A stretch of DNA of 64,000 nucleotides. Origin: Alphaproteobacteria bacterium. Lineage in GTDB: Bacteria; Pseudomonadota; Alphaproteobacteria; UBA9219. The DNA lies in the NCBI GenBank assembly GCA_031291395.1, contig JARLJD010000109.1, positions 8,294-72,293 of the forward strand, read 5' to 3'. Below, piece after piece: positions 49,141 through 59,059 of the stretch. A program made the position numbers and the translations under genes. The notes beneath the pieces were generated by a model, which ran no database searches, was not told the origin of the DNA, and saw only the letters and a list, made by a program, of their open reading frames with translations. Within the stretch, counting starts at the first letter, position 1. Every line of letters begins with the position of its first letter.

Positions 49141-49451
49141 AGCGGATGAGAAACAAACGCGGTAAATGTTTTAAATCTTTGCCTGAAGCCAGGCGGGCTA
49201 TCCGTGGGATATTCCTCTTGAATCACGGATTTTGTCGCAAGGGTTTGGAAGAGGGAGCCTATCGTATAAACTTCAATCGCAGCCACAATGTAAGGCGCTT
49301 TTGCAACCAAGGATCCGTCGTGAACGAGCAGGCCTAATAAAGCTCCTAAACCTGCAACTTTTCCGACGCTGCCCAAAAACATCCCTAGGGGAGCGCTGGT
49401 GACATATTGAGCCTTATTTTCTCCCCAGAAAATTCGTCTAAATGCGCCCAT
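49131..49451 (-). CDS. hypothetical small membrane protein with a glycine-zipper-like segment
   Basis: [19 protein letters not shown]-rich; this is the first gene of an overlapping pair. Confidence 0.4.
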   Translation of the reverse strand: MGAFRRIFWGENKAQYVTSAPLGMFLGSVGKVAGLGALLGLLVHDGSLVAKAPYIVAAIEVYTIGSLFQTLATKSVIQEEYPTDSPPGFRQRFKTFTAFVSHPLWL

Positions 49452-49681
49452 GTAAGAGGCTCCCGTTCAAGTTAAAATTGATAGGCAAATCCTTTTCCAG
49501 TCGTCCCATGGACGATTTGTACCAAATGGATGCGCAAGCCACAAGAATCAGAACATGGTTAAAATGTTTTTGTCGTTGCGCAATATTCTGTCGTGACTGT
49601 TGCGTTCGATATGGGCGTCCTCTTGCGACAGGGGGGGCTGCGGTCTATAAGTTGAACTCCTCATTCCTGAAGCATTCCCCC

Positions 49682-50659
49682 ATGCCCACCAGCCTTTTTC
49701 CCCACGTTCGCCTGCGTCGCCTGCGCAAAACCCCCGCCCTACGCGATCTGGTGCGTGAGAATGCCGTGACGATGAATGATTTGATCCTGCCGATTTTTGT
49801 CGAAGAGGGGATCGACGATCCTGTGCCTGTCGACTCGATGCCCGGCATCGTTCGTATTCCTGAAAAGAATCTCGCAAAGGAAATTAAAGGCATTTATGCC
49901 GACGGGGTCAAAGCCGTGATGCTGTTTTGCGTCTCGCACAAGAAAGACGCGGTGGGCAGCGACGCGTGGAAACCGGACGGCGTTTTGGCGCGCGTCATCA
50001 AACGCGCCAAGGACGCCGCGCCCGAACTGGTCGTGATCGCCGACACCTGCTTTTGCGAATACACCGATCACGGCCATTGCGGCGTCGTGCGTGAGGGACA
50101 GGTCGATAACGACGCCACGCTCGTCAATCTGGCGCGGCAGGCGGTCAATTCCGCGCAAGCTGGCGCCGACATCATCGCGCCCAGCGCGATGATGGACGGG
50201 CAAATTGCCGCGCTTCGTCAAGGATTGGACGATGCCGGATTCACAGACATGCCCCTTATGGCCTATTCGACCAAATTCGCCTCGGCCTTCTATGGCCCGT
50301 TCCGCGCCGCCGCCGGATGCGAATTGAAAGGCGACCGCAAAGCCTATCAAATGGATCCCTTTAATGGCCGCGAAGCCTTACGCGAGTCGATGCTGGACGA
50401 AGCCGAGGGAGCGGATTTTTTGATGGTCAAGCCGGGGTTGCCCTATCTTGATATTCTTTCCAAACTGCGCGAGGCGACGTTGTTGCCGCTCGTCGCCTAT
50501 CAGGTCAGCGGCGAATACGCGATGATCAAATTCGCCGCCGCGGCCGGAGCGTTCGACGAAAAACGCATTGTGCGCGAAACGCTGGGCGCGTTCAAACGAG
50601 CGGGCGCGGATTTAATTTTGTCTTATTTCGCGCGGGATATTGCGCGGGAGGGGTTTTAG
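49682..50659 (+). CDS. hemB: porphobilinogen synthase (delta-aminolevulinic acid dehydratase)
   Basis: N-terminus RLRRLR; the [14 protein letters not shown] metal-binding motif; and the active-site Lys region. Confidence 0.9.
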   Translation: MPTSLFPHVRLRRLRKTPALRDLVRENAVTMNDLILPIFVEEGIDDPVPVDSMPGIVRIPEKNLAKEIKGIYADGVKAVMLFCVSHKKDAVGSDAWKPDGVLARVIKRAKDAAPELVVIADTCFCEYTDHGHCGVVREGQVDNDATLVNLARQAVNSAQAGADIIAPSAMMDGQIAALRQGLDDAGFTDMPLMAYSTKFASAFYGPFRAAAGCELKGDRKAYQMDPFNGREALRESMLDEAEGADFLMVKPGLPYLDILSKLREATLLPLVAYQVSGEYAMIKFAAAAGAFDEKRIVRETLGAFKRAGADLILSYFARDIAREGF

Positions 50660-50667
50660 GAACGCCA

Positions 50668-51222
50668 ATGGACAGCGCTGCGCCGTTTCTTAAAGTTTCT
50701 TGCCTCGCTCTGGCGGAAGCCGCGGCAGTTGACCACAAAGCTGAGCTTGTCATAAGCCTTCTAAGCGCCGACATGCGCGCGCCGTCTTTTGCGTCCGTGG
50801 CGACGCTGCGCAAACACATCGCCTTTTACTTTTACGATCAGGAATCCGTTCTGCCCGAGGGGATGACGGATGCCGTTGCCGAACTGGCGCATCTGGGGCA
50901 GTCGTGGCGGCAGAGCGGGAGGTTTCCCCAAACGTTGGTTCACTGCCACGGCGGCGTCAGCCGCAGCACGGCCGCGACCTATATCCTTTTGTGCGCCGCT
51001 TTTCCCGACCTTCCGCCTGAGGCGCATTTTGAAACCCTGCTGCGCCTCGCGCCCAAGCCGTGGCCGAATATGCGCATGATCGCGATCGCCGACGGGCTTT
51101 TGAACGCGATGGGGGGAATGCTAAGCCCGCTTATGACCTATCGCAACGCTAACCCTAACCGCCTCGACGTTTTTCGTAGGCTGAACAGGAGGCGCGGGAT
51201 TGTCGATAGGGTGAAGCGCTAA
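50668..51222 (+). CDS. protein-tyrosine/dual-specificity phosphatase-like protein
   Basis: CX5R P-loop in the context VHCHGGVSRST. Confidence 0.5.
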   Translation: MDSAAPFLKVSCLALAEAAAVDHKAELVISLLSADMRAPSFASVATLRKHIAFYFYDQESVLPEGMTDAVAELAHLGQSWRQSGRFPQTLVHCHGGVSRSTAATYILLCAAFPDLPPEAHFETLLRLAPKPWPNMRMIAIADGLLNAMGGMLSPLMTYRNANPNRLDVFRRLNRRRGIVDRVKR

Positions 51223-52037
51223 GACTCTCTCTGCGCCTTAATCAGAAAAATCTTGTACGGAATATCGCAAAACGCCGGCACGGCGCATCTTTTAACCGCG
51301 TTTCCTTCCAGAAGGATTCCGGGAATCCACGCGGCGCCTAATCCCGCTTTGACTTGAGCCAGCAAAGCTTCGGCCGAGGCGCTTTCGCAGACGGGGGATT
51401 CGATGATCTGGATATGATGCGCGTCCAGCATCGCGGCGATGCGCGCGCCATAGGTCGTGCCGGGGGTATAGACCATTAAGGGGCCGCAAAGGCGGTTTTT
51501 GTTCAAAACGACCGCGCGTTTTTGTGTCTGTCCCGTCACCAACGTCAGGCAATCGTCGCCGACCGCCTCTGCCTGCAAGCCGATAAAATCGCTCTGCGTT
51601 CCGAAATGGGGAATCAAAGCCAGATCGGCATGTTTGCGCTTGATCGCTTCGACGCATCCCGCGATCGAGGCGACGATCAGCGAATAATTTTCCAGCCTGT
51701 TCTCGATCAGCCACGTCGAGAGAAAGCTTCCGGCCAGCGTATTGGTCGTGTAAATGCGCAGGTTTTTCTTGAAATGGCTCGATGCGCTCAGCACGGCACG
51801 GCGGGCGTCGAATATATCCTCGCGCAGACGCACCGCCCGAACCAGAAATTCCTCGCCTGCCGGAGTCAGGCCGACGGGCCGCGATTCGCGATAAAATAAT
51901 GACGATCCGAGCCACTCCTCCAGCCGCTGAATGCGCCTGCTATAGGCGGATTGTGTCGTGCAGCGGTTCTCCGCCGCGCGGGTAAAATTCCGCGTGTGGC
52001 AAAGCGCGAGAAAATCGTCGATCCATTGAAGTTCCAT
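51219..52037 (-). CDS. LysR-family transcriptional regulator
   Basis: N-terminal HTH (FTRAAENRCTTQSAYSRRIQRLEEWLG) plus a LysR substrate-binding domain. Confidence 0.8.
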   Translation of the reverse strand: MELQWIDDFLALCHTRNFTRAAENRCTTQSAYSRRIQRLEEWLGSSLFYRESRPVGLTPAGEEFLVRAVRLREDIFDARRAVLSASSHFKKNLRIYTTNTLAGSFLSTWLIENRLENYSLIVASIAGCVEAIKRKHADLALIPHFGTQSDFIGLQAEAVGDDCLTLVTGQTQKRAVVLNKNRLCGPLMVYTPGTTYGARIAAMLDAHHIQIIESPVCESASAEALLAQVKAGLGAAWIPGILLEGNAVKRCAVPAFCDIPYKIFLIKAQRES

Positions 52038-52082
52038 GATTGGCCTGTTTTAGAATCAGTTCAAACACCGGCGACGTCCCTA

Positions 52083-52210
52083 AACACCGGCGTCATCCCC
52101 GCGAAAGCCGGATCCATCTTCCTTGCTTGCTTTCTTGCGGCCAAGCCTGCCCCGTTGAAAAACGGGGATGGATCCCCGCCTTCGCGGGGATGACGCCGGT
52201 GTTTGGATGC
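52083..52210. repeat. repeat family C variant, with terminal inverted repeats
   Basis: aaacaccggcgtcatccccgcgaaagccggatccatc ... gatggatccccgccttcgcggggatgacgccggtgttt. Confidence 0.65.
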
Positions 52211-52308
52211 AAAATATGCATCATGTCAGCAGAAAAAACAATTGGACTTTCGGGGCAGGGTAGGGCGTGTTAGGACTCTATTATGTGAAAAAAGAAAAGG
52301 ATGACCCA

Positions 52309-52992
52309 ATGAAATACGCTGTCATCGGCACCGGAAAAACCGGTCAAACGATTTTGGATTTGTTGCCGCAATCCGACATTGTCGCCGTCTGCAATTCGCG
52401 CAATCCTGTGACGCGTGAAAAGGTCAAGGAAGCCGATGTCGGCGTTGTCTTTGTCCCGGGCAAGGCGATGGGCGATTTGTTTCCTACGCTGCTGAATCTG
52501 GAACTGCCTTTGGTCATCGGCACGACGGGTTTTGCTTGGCCAGCGGATCTCGACCGGCAATTGAAGGAGATGGAGGTGGCGTGGATGTTGGGGCAAAGCT
52601 TCAGCCTCGGCCTTAACGTCATGCGTTATTATGCCGAACGGGTGAAAAAGTCATTGCTTGCGTTAAACCCGCAAACCCGCATCGGCATTACCGAAAAACA
52701 TCATGTTCATAAGCTTGACGCGCCCAGCGGCACCTCAATCTATATCGCGCATGCGCTGGGCGTGCCAAAGGAAGAGATTGCGTCGATCCGCGAAGGCGAC
52801 GTCAAAGGCACGCATAGTGTTTCCTTTGACTGGCCTTATGATCGCGTTTCGCTGACCCACGAAGCCGTGGATCGCCGTTCTTTCGGCGAAGGCGCGCTTG
52901 TTGCTTGTGAAAACATGCCGCGCATGAAACCCGGGCTGCACACGTTTGAAAAATTGGCGGATGAATTGATTGAAAACAGCTTGAAGGGATAA
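52309..52992 (+). CDS. dapB: 4-hydroxy-tetrahydrodipicolinate reductase
   Basis: MKYAVIGTGKTG, a Rossmann fold, plus EKHHVHKLDAPSGT (the DapB E-x-HH-x-K-x-DAPSGTA signature). Confidence 0.8.
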   Translation: MKYAVIGTGKTGQTILDLLPQSDIVAVCNSRNPVTREKVKEADVGVVFVPGKAMGDLFPTLLNLELPLVIGTTGFAWPADLDRQLKEMEVAWMLGQSFSLGLNVMRYYAERVKKSLLALNPQTRIGITEKHHVHKLDAPSGTSIYIAHALGVPKEEIASIREGDVKGTHSVSFDWPYDRVSLTHEAVDRRSFGEGALVACENMPRMKPGLHTFEKLADELIENSLKG

Positions 52993-53031
52993 AGGGGCGC
53001 TGGCTGCCGACCAAAGAATCTGGAATGACGC

Positions 53032-54240
53032 ATGACCTTCATCAACGAAAACTTTCTCAAACTTTCCGAAACCTATTTGTTTGTCGAAATCGGGCGGCGC
53101 GTCGAGGCTTATTGCAAGACGCATCCCGAAGCCGCGATCGTTCGCTGCGGCATCGGCGACGTTACGGAGCCTTTGCCCGACGCTTGCATTAAGGCGATGC
53201 ACAAAGCGGTCGATGAAATGGCCGCGCGCGAAACTTTTCGCGGTTATGGGCCGGAGGCGGGGTATGAATTTTTGCGTCATGCGATCGCTGAAGGTGATTT
53301 CCGCCAGCGCGGCATTGAAATCGCCGACGATGAGATTTTTATTTCCGACGGCAGTAAATGCGATTGCGCCAATTTTCTGGATATTCTGGGTGCGGGCAAT
53401 CGCATTCTGATGCCCGATCCGGTCTATCCCGTCTATGCCGACACCAATATTATGGCAGGCAACGCGATTTCTTTTTCGCAAGCGACTGCTGAAAACGGTT
53501 TCGTTCCCGCGCCGCCCGATGCGCCTGCCGATCTGATTTATCTTTGCTTTCCCAACAATCCGACCGGAGCCGTCGCGACGAAAGAACAACTGGCGGCGTG
53601 GGTCGCCTACGCGCATCGACACGATGCGATCATCCTGTTCGACGCGGCCTATGAATCTTTTGTGCGAACGCCTGATCTGCCAAAGTCGATTTATGAGATT
53701 CCGGACGCGCTGGATTGCGCCGTTGAAATGCGCAGCTTTTCCAAAAGCGGCGGATTTACGGGATTGCGCTGCGGCTACTGCGTCGTGCCGAAAGCTGTCA
53801 AGGGACGCAAACAAAGTGGCGGCGAAAAATCCCTGCATGCGCTGTGGTCGCGCCGCCAATCGACTAAATTCAACGGCGTCGCCTATATCGTGCAACGCGC
53901 GGCCGAGGCTTTGTATTCCGATGAGGGCAGGGCGCAAGTTGCGGCGCTGACAGGATTCTATTTGGAAAATGCGCGCCTTCTGGCCGATGCTTTGACTCGC
54001 GCGGGAAGATCGTTCGTCGGGGGCGTCGATGCGCCCTATCTGTGGGTTAAGGGAAACAAGGGCATGACGAGTTGGGACATGTTCGCGCATTTGCTGGAAC
54101 AAGCAGGGATCGTCGCAACGCCCGGCAGCGGCTTCGGCGCGAAGGGCGAGGGGTATTTCCGGCTTTCGGCATTCAACATTCGGGAGAATATCGAAGAAGC
54201 GTGTCGGCGGTTGGCGGCCATAAGCCTTGAAAAACTATAA
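53032..54240 (+). CDS. dapL: LL-diaminopimelate aminotransferase
   Basis: 402-aa fold-type I aminotransferase. The N-terminus FLKLSETYLF plus SFSKSGGFTGLRCGY (the PLP-Lys region) match DapL. Confidence 0.75.
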   Translation: MTFINENFLKLSETYLFVEIGRRVEAYCKTHPEAAIVRCGIGDVTEPLPDACIKAMHKAVDEMAARETFRGYGPEAGYEFLRHAIAEGDFRQRGIEIADDEIFISDGSKCDCANFLDILGAGNRILMPDPVYPVYADTNIMAGNAISFSQATAENGFVPAPPDAPADLIYLCFPNNPTGAVATKEQLAAWVAYAHRHDAIILFDAAYESFVRTPDLPKSIYEIPDALDCAVEMRSFSKSGGFTGLRCGYCVVPKAVKGRKQSGGEKSLHALWSRRQSTKFNGVAYIVQRAAEALYSDEGRAQVAALTGFYLENARLLADALTRAGRSFVGGVDAPYLWVKGNKGMTSWDMFAHLLEQAGIVATPGSGFGAKGEGYFRLSAFNIRENIEEACRRLAAISLEKL

Positions 54241-54256
54241 GGAAAGGAAAGACATC

Positions 54257-54946
54257 GTGCGTCCTGAAACCACTCTTTTTATATTGACGTCCGTTGATGG
54301 AAAAATTTCAACTGGAGATACGGACCAGTTGGACGTCGATCAGGATTTTCCAAATATTCCAGGCATCGCTGAAGGCTTGACCCAATATTACGAATTGGAA
54401 AAAACGACGGATTTCTTTTCGTTGAATTCTGGCCGAGTTATGGCCAAGATCGGCGCTAACAGATATTTGCCTGATGTAAAAAACACTTTGTGCACTTTTA
54501 TCATTATCGATAACAAACCCCATCTTGAGGAGACGGGCGTTGACTACCTTAAAAAACGCTGCAAGGGTCTCATTCTGGTGACCAGCAATCCCCAACATCC
54601 AGCGTTTGCAAGAAAAGCGGATAACGGCTTGAGAATATTCTATTATGAGAAGAAGATAGATTTTCCCGATCTTTTTTCAAAACTAAAAAGCGAATGCGGT
54701 GTAGATCGCCTGACAATTCAAAGCGGTGGTTCATTGAATGCGCAGTTTGTCCGTTTGGGTCTGGTTGACCATCTTTCAATTGTGGTTGCGCCCGCCCTCA
54801 TCGGAGGGAAGAATACTTCGTCACTGATGGACGGAGAATCTCTTCATAATCTATGCGATCTTTCAAACATTAAGGCCTTGAGGCTCACAGAGTGCCGTGT
54901 TTTGGATCATTCTTATCTTAACCTGAGGTATGACCTTATAAATTGA
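54257..54946 (+). CDS. RibD C-terminal-domain / dihydrofolate-reductase-like reductase
   Basis: TLFILTSVDGKIS and LTIQSGGSLNAQFVRLGLVDHLSIVVAPALIGG. A GTG start at 54257 follows an AAGGAAAGGAAAG ribosome-binding site. AT-rich. Confidence 0.55.
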   Translation: MRPETTLFILTSVDGKISTGDTDQLDVDQDFPNIPGIAEGLTQYYELEKTTDFFSLNSGRVMAKIGANRYLPDVKNTLCTFIIIDNKPHLEETGVDYLKKRCKGLILVTSNPQHPAFARKADNGLRIFYYEKKIDFPDLFSKLKSECGVDRLTIQSGGSLNAQFVRLGLVDHLSIVVAPALIGGKNTSSLMDGESLHNLCDLSNIKALRLTECRVLDHSYLNLRYDLIN

Positions 54947-54981
54947 CGCTGCTTTTTTGCAGATAGAAAGGGATAACAACA

Positions 54982-57507
54982 ATGCGCATAAGCCTTATCT
55001 GCGGCGGCCCTTCCGCCGAGCGCGGCATATCCTTAAACTCCGCGCGGTCGGCGATGGATCATCTGACGCCATTGGGGTGGGAGATCGTGCCGTTCTATTG
55101 CGATCTGGAACGCCATTTCTATCGCTTGTCGCCTTCGCAGCTTTATTCCAACACGCCATCCGATTTCGATTTCAAACTGGCGCATACGGCGCAGCCTTTG
55201 ACGGAAAGCGAATTCATCGCAGCGTGCCGCGAAACCGATCTTGTTTTTCCCGCCATTCACGGCGCGTTCGGCGAGGACGGGCAGTTGCAGGAATTGCTGG
55301 AAGCGCACGACATTCCCTTTGTCGGCTCTCCCGCCGCCGCATGCCGGTTGATGTTCGATAAGGCGATCGCCAACACGCATATGGCGCAGCACGGCTTTGC
55401 GACATTACCAAACTGCCGCATCGACGAAAGCGACGCGCCGGATGTTCGGTTGAAAAAAGCGAGCGATTTCTTTGCGCGCACTCACATCGACAAAGCTGTC
55501 GTGAAACCTTCCGCCGGAGGGTCGAGCCTCGGCGTCGCAAGCGCGGTAACGCCGCAAGAAGCCGCCGCGCGCGCCGAGGATATTTTTGCGCAAAAGCACG
55601 GTGCGCAAGCTCTGATTGAGCCTTATTGCCAAGGCCGCGAATTCACCGTCGTCGTTTTGCAAAACAAAAAGGGCGAGCTGGTCGCGTTGATCCCGACCGA
55701 AATCGACCTGATCGGCGGCGATCTGTTCACGTTCCGCCATAAATATCTGCCGACCTGCCACGTCGAATATCATTGCCCGCCGCGCTTTGCCGACGACGTG
55801 ATCGCGCGCATTCAGAAAGCCGCCGAGGTTCTGTTTACCTTTTTCGACATGCGCGATTTCTCGCGCCTCGACGGCTGGCTGTTGGACGACGGGCGTTTGA
55901 TTTTCTCGGATTTCAATCCTATCTCGGGCATGGAGCAAAACAGTTATCTGTTCATTCAGGGCAGCCGCATCGGCTTCACCCACGGCGATACGCTGCGGTA
56001 TATCGTCGCGCACGCGGCGGAACGGTATGGGATCAAAGCCCCTCTCCCCCCCCTTGGGGGGAGAGGGGTTGGGGTGAGGGGGGAAGTTGGGGTTTGTGAA
56101 TCCCTCGTCCCCCCTCACCCCCGCATCAAGTGCGGGGCAGGCTCTAACCCTCTCCCCCCAAGAGGGGGGAGAGGGAATCCGCCCACAAACATCCGCGTTC
56201 TTTTCGGCGGAACGACGGCGGAACGCCAAGTCTCTTTGATGTCCGGCACAAATGTGTGGCTGAAATTGTTGCACAGCGCGGATTATATGCCCGCGCCTTA
56301 TATCCTCGCGCCGGAACATGAAATCTGGCAATTGCCTTACAGCTTCACCCTCAATCACACGGTCGAGGAAATCCTCGCGCGGTGCGCCGAATCCGAAAAT
56401 ATTGTTGCGCGGCTGAAAGTCCTCGTCCCGCCTCTGCGCCAGCGTTTGGGCTTGCCGCCCTTGCCCGCCAACGCTTTTATCCAACCGCGCCGCATGAGCC
56501 TCGATCAATTCTGTCGGGAATCCGCCGATGAAAACGCCTTCGTGTTCATTGCCCTTCACGGCGGCGAGGGCGAGGACGGGACGTTGCAGGCGAAATTCGA
56601 CAGCTACGGACTTGCCTATAACGGCTCCGCGCCTGCGGCCTCGCATGTGTGCATGGATAAAAGCGCGACGGGCGACGTTTTGCGCGCTTTGAACGATCCG
56701 CTTTTGACCTCTGCCGGAAAAGTTTTGCTGACGGCGGGGCAGGGGGGACGGGCCGAAGCGATTTGGGCGGACGCCGTGCAAAAATTGAAAACCGCCGACA
56801 TCCTCATCAAGCCGCAAGCCGACGGCTGTTCCGCGGGAGTCGTGCGTTTGCAATCCGCGCAAGAATTGAAACTGTATCTGCAAGCTTTGGCGCAAGGGCA
56901 AACGATGCTGCCCGCGGGCACGCTGGCGCATCAACCGATGATGATCGAATTGCCTGAACAGGCGGACGCCTTCATGCTCGAACCCTTTATCGTCACTGAC
57001 GCTATTTATATCTCCGGCCTTCATCTTACGCACACGCCGCGAACCGGCTGGATCGAATTGACGGTCGGCGTGTTGGAAGAAAAAGGCGTTTATCACGCCC
57101 TGTCGCCCAGCATCACCGTGGCCAAAGGCCATGTCCTCTCGCTGGAGGAAAAATTTCAGGGCGGCACAGGCGTCAACCTGACCCCGCCGCCTGCCGACAT
57201 CATTTCCGGCGAGCAAATCGACCTGATCAAAAGCAAAATTGAAAAAACCGCCAATGCGCTAGGCATCGAAGGCTACGCCCGCATCGATATTTTCTTTAAC
57301 ACGCGCAGCAACCAGACAATGGTCATCGAAGCCAACACTTTACCGGGACTCACCCCCTCGACGGTTATTTATCATCAATCCCTAGCCGAAACCCCGCCGC
57401 TTGCGCCGCGCGAGTTTTTGGCGAAATTGGTGGAATTCGGCAGGGAACGGCAGGCGCGAGGATTGGAAGAAACGCGATCTGTGGCGCAAGCGGTGAGAGA
57501 ATTATAG
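54982..57507 (+). CDS. tandem (double) D-alanine--D-alanine ligase-like ATP-grasp protein, linker encoded by a family-A repeat
   Basis: Residues 1 to about 353 and about 400 to 841 each resemble a complete Ddl (N-domain MRISLICGGPSAERGISL / IRVLFGGTTAERQVSLMSG; E.NT.PG(L/M)T C-terminal motifs). The roughly 47-codon linker is the repeat copy at 56041-56183 with no stop codon in this frame. Confidence 0.6.
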   Translation: MRISLICGGPSAERGISLNSARSAMDHLTPLGWEIVPFYCDLERHFYRLSPSQLYSNTPSDFDFKLAHTAQPLTESEFIAACRETDLVFPAIHGAFGEDGQLQELLEAHDIPFVGSPAAACRLMFDKAIANTHMAQHGFATLPNCRIDESDAPDVRLKKASDFFARTHIDKAVVKPSAGGSSLGVASAVTPQEAAARAEDIFAQKHGAQALIEPYCQGREFTVVVLQNKKGELVALIPTEIDLIGGDLFTFRHKYLPTCHVEYHCPPRFADDVIARIQKAAEVLFTFFDMRDFSRLDGWLLDDGRLIFSDFNPISGMEQNSYLFIQGSRIGFTHGDTLRYIVAHAAERYGIKAPLPPLGGRGVGVRGEVGVCESLVPPHPRIKCGAGSNPLPPRGGRGNPPTNIRVLFGGTTAERQVSLMSGTNVWLKLLHSADYMPAPYILAPEHEIWQLPYSFTLNHTVEEILARCAESENIVARLKVLVPPLRQRLGLPPLPANAFIQPRRMSLDQFCRESADENAFVFIALHGGEGEDGTLQAKFDSYGLAYNGSAPAASHVCMDKSATGDVLRALNDPLLTSAGKVLLTAGQGGRAEAIWADAVQKLKTADILIKPQADGCSAGVVRLQSAQELKLYLQALAQGQTMLPAGTLAHQPMMIELPEQADAFMLEPFIVTDAIYISGLHLTHTPRTGWIELTVGVLEEKGVYHALSPSITVAKGHVLSLEEKFQGGTGVNLTPPPADIISGEQIDLIKSKIEKTANALGIEGYARIDIFFNTRSNQTMVIEANTLPGLTPSTVIYHQSLAETPPLAPREFLAKLVEFGRERQARGLEETRSVAQAVREL
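56041..56183. repeat. MITE-like repeat family A copy lying in-frame inside a coding region
   Basis: cctctcccccccccttggggggagagggg ... ccccctcacccccgcatcaagtgcggggcaggctctaaccctctccccccaagaggggggagagggaatccgcc. Confidence 0.7.
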
Positions 57508-57511
57508 CTCC

Positions 57512-59059
57512 CTACTTCCTCTCAATCACCGCTTTCACATCCCTCCACCGCATCGCGCCTGTCACGTGCAGCGCGGCGGCGTAGGCGATTCCTGATAGGC
57601 CGATCAAGGCGCTTAGAGCGAGGATTTCTTGCATGATGCCCTTCATTGGGATCGCGGTCCAGCCGTATTGCGTCAAGACAAGAGAAACGCCGGACATGAT
57701 CGCGGCGCAGAGGATGATTTTTTTGATCCGCCCCACCAGCTTCTCGTCGCAAATCGGGAAATTATGGCGGCGCAGATGGTAGTAGTGCAGCGCGGCGTTC
57801 AGGGTGACGGCGATGCTGCTGGCCAGCGCGATGCCGATATGTTGCAGCGGCCCTAACAATAGGATCGATAAAATAACGTTGGTGGCTATGGCGACAAGGG
57901 CGGCTTTGACCGGCGTTTTGGTGTCTTGGCGGGCGAAAAAATCGGCGGCGAAAACCTTGACCAGCAAAAAACCAGGGATGCCGAGCGCATAGGCGCGCAA
58001 AGCTTGAACCGTGGCGACGGCGTCCTGATGCTTGAAAGCGTTGTGCTCGTATAACGTCTGGACAATGGGTTGCGCGATGACGATCAGCCCGATCATAGCG
58101 GGTAGGCCGAGCAGGAGGGAAAATTCGATTGCGCGGCTGTTGAAATGGCGGATCTTCGCCGCGTCTCCGGCCGCTACATGGCGCGCTAGCAAAGGCAGCA
58201 GGGTCGTGGCGACCGCTATGCCGACAATGCCCTGAGGCAGAGAGTTCAGACGGTCGGCGTAATACAAATGGGATATGGCACCCACAGGCAAGAACGAGGC
58301 AAGGTTCGTCGAAATCAGCAAATTGATCTGGGACGCGCCCGCGCCGACGGCGCCGGGGCCTATGCGGCGGAACAGCTTGGCTCCCGCCTCGCTTAAATGC
58401 GGGCGCAGCAAGGGAATGGACGCGCGCGCGCGATAGCAGCTTATCGCCAGCCACGCGCATTGCACGACGCCGGAAATCGTCACCGACCAGGCAAGCGCGT
58501 ATCCCACATGCCAATGGAGAAAGTGCGCCGCGAGCATGCCAAGGATCATGACGATGTTAAAGGCGACGGGAGCTGCCGCCCCCGGCGCGAATACCCCCCG
58601 CGCGTTCAAAACGCCGGTTTGCAAGGCCGTGACGGAAATCAGCGCAAGATAGGGGAAGGTGATGCGCCCGAATTCGACCGCGAGCCGGTATTGTTCCGAC
58701 TCGCGCGTGTAGCCGTATATTAGAAGCGACATCGCCTGCGGCATGAACGTCATCACCAGAACGGAAAGAGGAATTAACGCCGTCAGCAACAGCATCAACG
58801 CCTGTCCGGCAAAACGCTCTGCCGCGGCTTCGCCGTTCAGTTCATGTTCGGCGGCGTAAAGGGGAACGAAGGCCGCCGAAAACGCGCCCTCGGCGAACAG
58901 GTTGCGGAAGAGATTGGGCAAGCGCAGCGCCACGAAAAACGCATCCGCCTCCGGCCCTGCACCCAGAAAATTCGCGGTAAGAAAATCCCGAATGCAGCCC
59001 CCGATCCGGCTGACGATCGTCAAGCTGCTGACGGTGAAGAGGGAGCGGGCGAAGTTCAT
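57512..59059 (-). CDS. murJ: lipid II flippase MurJ (MviN)
   Basis: N-terminus MNFARSLFTVSSLTIVSRIGGCIRD plus 14 TM helices. The start is set at the internal ATG, complement 59057-59059. Confidence 0.85.
   Translation of the reverse strand: MNFARSLFTVSSLTIVSRIGGCIRDFLTANFLGAGPEADAFFVALRLPNLFRNLFAEGAFSAAFVPLYAAEHELNGEAAAERFAGQALMLLLTALIPLSVLVMTFMPQAMSLLIYGYTRESEQYRLAVEFGRITFPYLALISVTALQTGVLNARGVFAPGAAAPVAFNIVMILGMLAAHFLHWHVGYALAWSVTISGVVQCAWLAISCYRARASIPLLRPHLSEAGAKLFRRIGPGAVGAGASQINLLISTNLASFLPVGAISHLYYADRLNSLPQGIVGIAVATTLLPLLARHVAAGDAAKIRHFNSRAIEFSLLLGLPAMIGLIVIAQPIVQTLYEHNAFKHQDAVATVQALRAYALGIPGFLLVKVFAADFFARQDTKTPVKAALVAIATNVILSILLLGPLQHIGIALASSIAVTLNAALHYYHLRRHNFPICDEKLVGRIKKIILCAAIMSGVSLVLTQYGWTAIPMKGIMQEILALSALIGLSGIAYAAALHVTGAMRWRDVKAVIERK

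Noticed and set aside
52735-54102. 455-aa minus ORF
   Set aside because: It is antisense to dapL. Its Arg/Ala-rich composition is typical of GC-rich antisense frames.
55405-57216. 603-aa minus ORF
   Set aside because: It is antisense to the double Ddl-like gene.
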